Below, in pieces: positions 21,520 to 29,175 of a DNA stretch of 64,000 nt. The stretch spans positions 624,893-688,892 of the forward strand of contig QCOV01000001.1 in assembly GCA_003212795.1 (NCBI GenBank). Direction: 5' to 3'. Position 1 is the stretch's first letter. Every line of letters begins with the position of its first letter. A program made the position numbers and the translations under genes. Source of the stretch: OCS116 cluster bacterium AG-435-F03. Lineage in GTDB: Bacteria > Pseudomonadota > Alphaproteobacteria > MED-G09. Under the pieces are notes generated by a model. The model was not told where the DNA came from. It ran no database searches and saw only the letters and a list, made by a program, of their open reading frames with translations.

Positions 21520-23127
21520 ATGACAAATAAAATTGATTGCGATGCTATTGTTGTTGGCGCTGGTTTTGCTGGACTAGCTTTAATTCATCACTTAAAAAAA
21601 ACAGGTATTTCTGTAAAAGTATTAGATAAAGCTTCTGAAATAGGAGGAACATGGGCATGGAATCGTTATCCAGGAGCAGCTACAGACAGTGAAGGATATT
21701 ACTATTGTTTGACCTTTTCCAAAGAAATTTTGCAAGAATGGACCTGGTCAGAGAGATATCCTGGTTGGGAAGAAACTAATAGATATCTTAATTTTGTAGC
21801 TGATAAATGTGATATGTGGCCTCATATTCAACTTGATACCGAAGTTATAAGTGCAGAATTCAATAAAGAGGATGGTTTATGGATTGTAAAGACCAAAAAT
21901 GATGAAGAGCTAGTTTGTAAATATTTTATAAGTGCTATGGGAATGATCTCTCAACCAGTTATTCCTAGTTTTGATGGAATAGAAAATTTTAATGGCCCAT
22001 GCTTTCATTCCTCAAGGTGGCCTCAAGAAGGTCTAGATTATGATGGAAAGAAAGTGGCTATTGTTGGGTGTGGTGCATCCACAGTACAAATGTTACCAAT
22101 AATGGCTCAGACAGCAGAAAATGTAACAGTTTTTCAGAGAACACCGAATTTTGTTCTACCCGCTATGCAGAAATCAATGACACCTGAATGGGAAAAAGAT
22201 ATCAAAGATAATTATGATGAAATAATCGATAAATGCAGGAACCATGTTTTTGGTATGGCTTTTGATAGCCCTGTAGGTCGTAATGCAGTTGATACGCCTG
22301 AAGACGAGAGAGAGAAAATATTTGAAGACAATTGGAATGGAAGTTTTAGATGGGTTTTTGAAACTTTTGATGATTTGTTAGTAGACCCTGCGGCAAATCA
22401 AATGGCGGCAGATTTTATTATAAAAAAAATGAAAGAAAAAATTAATGATCCTGAAATTGCAGAAATATTAACACCGAAAGGTTATCCTCTATTCGCCAAA
22501 AGACCACCATTAGATCATGGTTTTTATGAGGCATTTAATAGAGAGAATGTCCATCTTGTAGATATCAAAGACAGAGAGCCAATTTCAAAATTTACTGAAA
22601 AAGGAATTAATACAATAAAAAATGAATATGAATTTGATATCATAATTTTAGCTACAGGCTTTCAAGCGTATACAGGGGCTCTTGAAGCTTTTGATATTAT
22701 AGGTCAAAGCGGAAAATCTATTAGAGAAAAATGGGAGCTTGAGTCAAAATCAATTATGGGAGTATGTATTTCTGATTTCCCAAATTTATTTACAATAACA
22801 GGACCTCAAGCACCTTTTGCTAATCTTCCAACCTCTATAGAGCAAAATTGTTTATGGATTTCTGATTGCATAAATAAAATGGAAAAAGAAGGACACAAAA
22901 TTTGTCATCCTCTTTTAGAAGCAGAAGAAGAATGGTCAGCTCACGTTAAAGAAGTGCATGAACAAACTTTGATGAATGTTGGTGACAAAGTAAATTCTTG
23001 GATGATGGGAGCAAATATAGAAAATAGAAAATCCAGAGTATTAATTTATTTTGGAGGTGCTGGAGTATATTATGACAGATTAAGAGAGTCGGTTGATAAT
23101 GATTTTCCAGAACTGACATTTAGTTAA
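21520..23127 (+). CDS. Baeyer-Villiger monooxygenase (type I flavin monooxygenase, cyclohexanone-monooxygenase-like)
   Basis: 535 aa with FAD Rossmann motif VVGAGFAGL, the BVMO fingerprint FNGPCFHSSRWP (FxGxxxHxxxWP) and the NADPH Rossmann motif VGCGASTVQ. Confidence 0.9.
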   Translation: MTNKIDCDAIVVGAGFAGLALIHHLKKTGISVKVLDKASEIGGTWAWNRYPGAATDSEGYYYCLTFSKEILQEWTWSERYPGWEETNRYLNFVADKCDMWPHIQLDTEVISAEFNKEDGLWIVKTKNDEELVCKYFISAMGMISQPVIPSFDGIENFNGPCFHSSRWPQEGLDYDGKKVAIVGCGASTVQMLPIMAQTAENVTVFQRTPNFVLPAMQKSMTPEWEKDIKDNYDEIIDKCRNHVFGMAFDSPVGRNAVDTPEDEREKIFEDNWNGSFRWVFETFDDLLVDPAANQMAADFIIKKMKEKINDPEIAEILTPKGYPLFAKRPPLDHGFYEAFNRENVHLVDIKDREPISKFTEKGINTIKNEYEFDIIILATGFQAYTGALEAFDIIGQSGKSIREKWELESKSIMGVCISDFPNLFTITGPQAPFANLPTSIEQNCLWISDCINKMEKEGHKICHPLLEAEEEWSAHVKEVHEQTLMNVGDKVNSWMMGANIENRKSRVLIYFGGAGVYYDRLRESVDNDFPELTFS

Positions 23128-23134
23128 TTATATA

Positions 23135-24163
23135 TTAATTAACTATCAAATTATTGGAAAAATTTTCATATGCCAGTATTAATGCTGCTTTAATTCCTGA
23201 CGCATCTTTAATTTTTTTATTGGCCTCTTCTGAGGCGGCGTTTCCTGCTTTTACTCTATTCTCTATTCCTTTAAGTATGCAGTAAAGTTTTGTTAACGAA
23301 AATAAACAATAAATATTAAGAAGCTCAATATTAACCATTTTTCCAAACGATTCTTCATAAGATTTAAGAAATTCTGAAGCTGATGGAAGGTCGTATGAAC
23401 TCCACTCCTCACCGATTCCATATAAAACTCCCTTAGGTATTAACCAATTAATCATTTGAAAACTGAGATCAACCTCTGGTTCACCAAAGGCAGATAACTC
23501 CCAATCTAACACGGCTAAACAATTTGAGTCGTCTCCTATAACTAAATTATCTAATTTATAATCCCCATGAATTAAGCATAAGTTGTTATTTTCAGGAGTA
23601 TTTTTGATAATAAAATCATAAATTCTTGAAATGTCTTTATCATGATTATCATCATTAAAAATTTGGCTATACCAGATATTCAAATTTCTTATCATAAAAC
23701 CAGTGTTTTTCTTAAAAGGTATATCTAATTTATCGATATTGTAACTATGTAATCTACCAAGAGTTTTTGCTAAACTTTTGTAAATTTTTCTTCTTTCTTG
23801 AGAATTGTTATTTGGAAGAAAGGGATCTTCATAAATATGACCATCAATATATTGCATGATATAAAAATCTCTACCTATTATTGATTTATCTTCACAAAGT
23901 ATTAGAGGTTTTGGAACGCTAAATTCATTTTTACTAAGACCGGATAACACATGAAATTCTCTATCTAATCTGTGAGCACCTCTAACAAGTTCTCCCTTTG
24001 GTTGAGTTCTTAAAATAAATTTATCACCATTTTCATCTAATAAAATATAAGTTGGATTAGATTGACCATTACCTATTTTTTTAGGTAATTGATTTAATAA
24101 ATTGAATTGATGTTTTTTCAAAAAACCGTCAATTTTTTGGAATTCTTCTTCATCGATAAGCAT
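23135..24163 (-). CDS. phosphotransferase-family kinase (APH/choline-kinase-like fold)
   Basis: 342 aa with catalytic loop HGDYKLDNLV and DWE. The N-terminal nucleotide-binding lobe resembles the APH-like proteins associated with acyl-CoA dehydrogenases. Confidence 0.75.
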   Translation of the reverse strand: MLIDEEEFQKIDGFLKKHQFNLLNQLPKKIGNGQSNPTYILLDENGDKFILRTQPKGELVRGAHRLDREFHVLSGLSKNEFSVPKPLILCEDKSIIGRDFYIMQYIDGHIYEDPFLPNNNSQERRKIYKSLAKTLGRLHSYNIDKLDIPFKKNTGFMIRNLNIWYSQIFNDDNHDKDISRIYDFIIKNTPENNNLCLIHGDYKLDNLVIGDDSNCLAVLDWELSAFGEPEVDLSFQMINWLIPKGVLYGIGEEWSSYDLPSASEFLKSYEESFGKMVNIELLNIYCLFSLTKLYCILKGIENRVKAGNAASEEANKKIKDASGIKAALILAYENFSNNLIVN

Positions 24164-24165
24164 AA

Positions 24166-24618
24166 TTAAGAGTTAAGTGATTTTTTATATTGTTCCTCAA
24201 TATTATCAAAAATTAAACTATATAAAGACTCTAGAAGCTCAACTATTTCAGCTTCTGTGGCACCATCAGCAACAAAATGACTGCACCAAGTAATATCTGT
24301 TTCATTTGATGTGATTTCTCTAAGATTTACGCAAGCAACATAATTCAACATAGGTAAACATGATTTATCCACTATAGAGTAAGTCAAAGATAACCCCTCC
24401 TCATAGCCATCAAGCCTTTCAATAACCTCACCAGGATAAGGGTCCCCTAAATAGACCGCTCTTACATCTCCAATGCTATCAGAGAAAGTATCTGGTAATT
24501 TTACTTCAAGAATATTTTCAGGAAGTAAGGTTTTTATCTCTCCAAAGGCTCTTAGTCTGTCCCAAAAATATTGTTTAGGAACATTAACAATTCTCTGAAC
24601 TTTAGCTTCATTTGGCAT
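24166..24618 (-). CDS. conserved hypothetical ~150-aa protein, paralog A (possibly SRPBCC/Bet v1-like ligand-binding fold)
   Basis: About 45% identical by eye to the 26980-27429 product; shared blocks KRIV.VPK.YFW.RLRAF, GEVIERLDG, IDKSCLP. The fold assignment is a guess. Confidence 0.6.
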   Translation of the reverse strand: MPNEAKVQRIVNVPKQYFWDRLRAFGEIKTLLPENILEVKLPDTFSDSIGDVRAVYLGDPYPGEVIERLDGYEEGLSLTYSIVDKSCLPMLNYVACVNLREITSNETDITWCSHFVADGATEAEIVELLESLYSLIFDNIEEQYKKSLNS

Positions 24619-24648
24619 GGGTTTCTCCTAAACTAATGCTAGTTATTA

Positions 24649-26877
24649 TCAAAATGTTTGAGTAATACTTATGCCCCATGTTCTAGGCTTTCTTGCCATC
24701 CCATATGTCCATGCTGCACCAGCAAAAACATCATAACCAACAGTAAATCCATCCTCTTCAGTTATATTCTTAGCAAAGAAAGCAAAAACTGTATTATTAA
24801 ACTCATAATTCATTGATAAATCTATTAATGTTTGTTCTTTGTTGAATGTTGTTGGAGAGTTTAGCTGAGAAGTATGATGTTCACCAATATGGTGAGCGCT
24901 TGCTCTTACATAGGCTAAACCTGGACCAGCTTCCCATTCATAAGTTAAACCAAGTGTCCAAGTTAAATCTGGGGCTCTTAGAGGTTCTAAATATGTAAAA
25001 TCAGCAGGTGTTCCACTTCCTGTAAAATCAGCAAAAAATTCATCATAACTTGCATCTAAATAACCAACATTTAGGTCAACTGAAAAATTTTGATTTATAA
25101 TTGCATAAAGCTCTAACTCAATACCTTTAAATGAAGCCTCAGCAACATTATCAGTCACAGTAGCTCTTCCTATAGCGGCAAGTGTATCAGGAATATCAAC
25201 ATCCAGTTGCTTATCTTCATACTCCATGTCAAAAATTGCTAAATTAAATCTTAGTCTGTTATCAAGAAGAGTAGATTTAAGGCCAGCTTCTATATTGGTT
25301 ACAGTTTCTGGTTTATATGGCCTAACAGCACTAAATTCATTTCCCCATCTACCATTAAATCCACCACTTCGATAACCTTGAGAGTAACTTAAATAGTATA
25401 ATAAATCATCATTAGCTTGATAGCTAACAGCTACTTTTGGTGTAAATTTAGTCCAATTTTTATCAGCATAAGTATTTATAGCGCTACAATCTGGATATGG
25501 TCCAGGGCCCTGACAAGCATTACTACTTTTTTCTTCATCAATATATCTTCCGCCAACAGTGAGGGTGATTTGTTCATTTATGTCATAATCAGCCTCAAAA
25601 AATACAGCAATACTATCGGTTTCTTGATGCGTATAATTATAAATAGGAACAACTATCAAAGGGTCTTGGGTTGGCACAGCGCCAAATAAATCAAAAAATC
25701 CAATTCTACTTTCCATTGGTATTGTGTATTCGGAGTCCCATTTATAAAGTCCTACAACATAATTTAATGGGCCTTCTAAATCACTAGTAAGTCTAATTTC
25801 ATGACTTGTTTGTTCATACTCAGCATTACGGTCAGTATGATACAGTGTTAGGGGTGTTCCATCCCAATCTTGATCTACCTCTTCATCAGTAGTTTTTCTT
25901 CCCAAAATATAATCTAATTTGTATTTATCAGATAATTGCCATCTTACTTCAAGAATACCTGTAAAACTCTCAAATGAAGCATCTCGTCTTTTTGGTTCGT
26001 TATTGTATACTTTGTAACGATCACCACTTTGAGGAATTCCTAATCCAGGTGAACATTGACCATAAACTGCACACCACCATGTGGTTGATCCGCCAAGATT
26101 TAATGCTGTGTGAGCATCTTGATCTTGCTGCTCATCTGTTAAAGTTAATTCAATTTCTACATTGTCATTAACTGTAAATAGAGAATTAAAGGTAATTTGA
26201 GTGTATTCTTCTCTTCCAAGATCTTTGTTATCTACCAAATTAGTTAAATAGCCTTCAGCTTGCTCTCTATGTGTTCCAGTTATCTTAAAGGCTGCATTAG
26301 GAGTTCCAAAGTTTAGTATACCATCTACGATAGTTGTATCGTAATCGCCATAACCAACTTTGAGTTTTCCTCCAACTTCACCAGTAGGTTTTGTTCTCGT
26401 TAAATTTATTACGCCAGCAACAGTATTTCTTCCAAACAATGTTCCTTGTGGACCTCTTAATATTTCAACACTTTCTAAATCAATAGTTTTAAGCATTGCG
26501 CCAGAATTTGCTCCAACAAATACACCGTCTAAAACAACCCCTGTTGTTGGATCAAAATTTTTCTCCACATCTGAAACACCCACACCTCTGATGAATATTG
26601 CTGTTGGACTTCCTGGTCCCTGTTGAAGATCATCAATTATTAAATTTGGAGACTCACCTGCCAAATCTCTTATATCAGAAGGAAACCTATTCTCAATATC
26701 TCTTGCGCTTAAAGCGCTTACAGAAAGAGCTGTTTCTTGAATGTTCTCTTCCTTTTTACGTGCAGTAACAACAATTTCTTCTATACCTTCAGAGCTTTGA
26801 GCGAAAGATATTGAAGTATATATTGCAGATACAAATATAAAACATGAAATAGCAAAAAAGTTAAAAATAGATCTCAT
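24649..26877 (-). CDS. TonB-dependent outer-membrane receptor
   Basis: Signal peptide MRSIFNFFAISCFIFVSAIYTSISFA, TonB box EEIVVTARK, plug domain, long beta-barrel region and C-terminal Phe. The track ORF begins at a TTG 19 codons upstream; an ATG at 26877 preceded by a G-rich SD is more plausible. Confidence 0.88.
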   Translation of the reverse strand: MRSIFNFFAISCFIFVSAIYTSISFAQSSEGIEEIVVTARKKEENIQETALSVSALSARDIENRFPSDIRDLAGESPNLIIDDLQQGPGSPTAIFIRGVGVSDVEKNFDPTTGVVLDGVFVGANSGAMLKTIDLESVEILRGPQGTLFGRNTVAGVINLTRTKPTGEVGGKLKVGYGDYDTTIVDGILNFGTPNAAFKITGTHREQAEGYLTNLVDNKDLGREEYTQITFNSLFTVNDNVEIELTLTDEQQDQDAHTALNLGGSTTWWCAVYGQCSPGLGIPQSGDRYKVYNNEPKRRDASFESFTGILEVRWQLSDKYKLDYILGRKTTDEEVDQDWDGTPLTLYHTDRNAEYEQTSHEIRLTSDLEGPLNYVVGLYKWDSEYTIPMESRIGFFDLFGAVPTQDPLIVVPIYNYTHQETDSIAVFFEADYDINEQITLTVGGRYIDEEKSSNACQGPGPYPDCSAINTYADKNWTKFTPKVAVSYQANDDLLYYLSYSQGYRSGGFNGRWGNEFSAVRPYKPETVTNIEAGLKSTLLDNRLRFNLAIFDMEYEDKQLDVDIPDTLAAIGRATVTDNVAEASFKGIELELYAIINQNFSVDLNVGYLDASYDEFFADFTGSGTPADFTYLEPLRAPDLTWTLGLTYEWEAGPGLAYVRASAHHIGEHHTSQLNSPTTFNKEQTLIDLSMNYEFNNTVFAFFAKNITEEDGFTVGYDVFAGAAWTYGMARKPRTWGISITQTF

Positions 26878-26979
26878 AATTACCCCCCCAATTGATTTAA
26901 ATATTATGATAGTTGAATAAATGTTTTTTTTCAATAAATTAACAAATTAATGATTTAAATTTTAAGTTAATTAAATATC

Positions 26980-27429
26980 TTAATTACCATCAGAAAATTG
27001 TTTTTCCATGTTGTCACAAATAAGATTATAATTAAACTTAAACATGCTGACTGTTTCTTCTTTATCCTTGTCTTTAGCTTTAAAGTGACCATACCAATCA
27101 ACTTCTGTAAAATCTTGATTTGTGTTTTTAATGCTTACCGTCGAAACATAATTTTCAACAGGTAAACATGATTTATCAATAACGGAATAAGTCATGTATT
27201 TTTCTTCAATCAATCCGTCTAACCTTTCTATAACTTCACCTTGGTAAACTTTTTCAAGATAAACATACCTTACATCACCTGGTGAATTAGAAAAATTATC
27301 TGGAATTTTTACTTCTTTAATCGTTCTAGGTAGAAGCGTTTGAATTTTATCGAAAGCCCTTAATCGCTTCCAAAAATATAATTTTGGTACTTTTACTATT
27401 CTTTTAACATGCGACTGTAAAAATAACAT
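26980..27429 (-). CDS. conserved hypothetical ~150-aa protein, paralog B
   Basis: Paralog of the 24166-24618 product; see that entry. Confidence 0.6.
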   Translation of the reverse strand: MLFLQSHVKRIVKVPKLYFWKRLRAFDKIQTLLPRTIKEVKIPDNFSNSPGDVRYVYLEKVYQGEVIERLDGLIEEKYMTYSVIDKSCLPVENYVSTVSIKNTNQDFTEVDWYGHFKAKDKDKEETVSMFKFNYNLICDNMEKQFSDGN

Positions 27430-27434
27430 TAAAT

Positions 27435-27911
27435 TTACCTTAAAAGAGATCTATAGTTACTACCCCAAAAAACAAGAGGATAACCTTCAATTATTTTTGA
27501 ATCATTAACATCAGCTATCAAAATTGAGTGATCACCAGAATCGATTATTTGATTTTTTGAACAAGATAGCCAACCTATAGAATTCTTTATAACTAAACCC
27601 TGATCAATGGAAATAAACTGATCTTCGTCCAAAATATGATCATTTTTTTGCGCAAGAGTGTTTGCTATATCTCTTTGTTCTTCAGAAAGAAAATTAATTA
27701 TGTAATTATCTAAATTTGTTATTTCTTCATACAAATCTGAATCTTTATCTAAGCACCATAGAATCAAAGGTGGATCTAGTGATAATGAGGTATATGAATT
27801 TACTGTTATACCAAGATTTAAACCATTGGAACCTTTAAAGGTAACTGCTGTTACCCCAGTAGCAAACTTACTAAAAATACTTCTGAGGTCTTTATTTGCT
27901 TCATCAAGCAT
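27435..27911 (-). CDS. flavin reductase-like (FMN-binding split-barrel, HpaC/NADH:flavin oxidoreductase-like)
   Basis: 158 aa. FATGVTAVTFKGSNGLNLGITVNSYTSLSLDPPLILWCL is typical of flavin_reduct-domain proteins. Confidence 0.75.
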   Translation of the reverse strand: MLDEANKDLRSIFSKFATGVTAVTFKGSNGLNLGITVNSYTSLSLDPPLILWCLDKDSDLYEEITNLDNYIINFLSEEQRDIANTLAQKNDHILDEDQFISIDQGLVIKNSIGWLSCSKNQIIDSGDHSILIADVNDSKIIEGYPLVFWGSNYRSLLR

Positions 27912-27915
27912 TAAA

Positions 27916-29175
27916 TTATCTAATAATAACTGGAAGGTGAGAAAAACCTTTTACAAAGCTCGATCTGATTCTAATTGGTTCACCAACAACTTCTATGTTT
28001 TCAAATCTTTTCATTATTTCTTCCCACAGAATTTCTAACTGCATATCAGCTAATCTATTTCCTACACATCTATGAATTCCAAAACCATATGATAAATGGC
28101 TTCTTGGTCTTTTCCTATCAATTATAAAGCTGTTTGGGTTTTCAATTACATCTTCATCTCTGTTTCCTGACACATACCACATTACTACTTTGTCACCTTT
28201 TCTAATTAGTTTTCCTCCCAATTCATAATCTTCAAGAGCAGTTCTTCTCATGTAAGCCAGTGGTGTTTGCCATCTAATGATTTCAGGAACCATAGTTTTA
28301 ATTAAAGAATGATCTTTTCTTAATTTATCATATTGATCAGGATTTTGATTTAAGACCAAAATGCCTCCTGTCATAGAATTTCTTGTTGTATCATTACCTC
28401 CAACTATAAGTAGAATTAAATTACCTAGATACTCCATTGGATCCATATCACGTGTGCTAGGGTTGTGAGCCAGCATAGAAATTAAGTCAGTTTTAGGTTC
28501 AGAGTTAACTCTTTCATTCCATAGTTTAGTAAAATATTGAAGACATTCAAATAACTCTTCTTTTCTTTGCTCTTCTGTTTCAACTATTCCATCGCCAGGT
28601 CTAGCAGTAGAAACATCTGACCATCTTGTTAATTTCATTCTATCTTCAAAAGGAAAATCAAATAAAGTAGCTAGCATTCTTGTTGTTAATTCAATGGAGA
28701 CATCCTCTACCCAATTAAATTCTTTATTTATTGGAAGGTTATCTAAAACCTCGGCTGTTCTCTCTCTAATAAGGTCTTCCATATTAGCAAGATTACTGGG
28801 AGCAACTACAGGATTAACAGCTTTTCTTTGTATATCATGCTTAGGTGGGTCCATCGCAATAAACATAGGTGTAGTGAAATCTTCTTGAGGATCAAATAAA
28901 GTTATAGCTCCTTCTGATGAAAAAACTTTATGATTGGTATCCACACTCATTATATCTTTGTATTTAGTAATTGACCAATAAGGCCCTACATCCTCAACAC
29001 ATGATTCAGCACAATAATGAACTGGGTCCTCTTTTCTTAATCTTTCAAATAATGGAAAAATTGCATCTCCATACATAAAGATGTCAGAGTTTGCCATATC
29101 AATTTTTTCTATGGGTATTGAATAAGGATCCATTTCTGGACTCCAAACATCTGGACGAAGAAGTTCTTTAAGCAT
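27916..29175 (-). CDS. cytochrome P450, CYP153-like (alkane/alkyl hydroxylase family)
   Basis: 419 aa with heme loop FGFGIHRCVGNRLADMQLEILWEE and the N-terminal region EDPVHYCAES...GPYWSITKYKDIMSVDTNHKVFSSE, both matching CYP153 signatures as I remember them. The 3' end overlaps the upstream gene by 8 nt. Confidence 0.8.
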   Translation of the reverse strand: MLKELLRPDVWSPEMDPYSIPIEKIDMANSDIFMYGDAIFPLFERLRKEDPVHYCAESCVEDVGPYWSITKYKDIMSVDTNHKVFSSEGAITLFDPQEDFTTPMFIAMDPPKHDIQRKAVNPVVAPSNLANMEDLIRERTAEVLDNLPINKEFNWVEDVSIELTTRMLATLFDFPFEDRMKLTRWSDVSTARPGDGIVETEEQRKEELFECLQYFTKLWNERVNSEPKTDLISMLAHNPSTRDMDPMEYLGNLILLIVGGNDTTRNSMTGGILVLNQNPDQYDKLRKDHSLIKTMVPEIIRWQTPLAYMRRTALEDYELGGKLIRKGDKVVMWYVSGNRDEDVIENPNSFIIDRKRPRSHLSYGFGIHRCVGNRLADMQLEILWEEIMKRFENIEVVGEPIRIRSSFVKGFSHLPVIIR

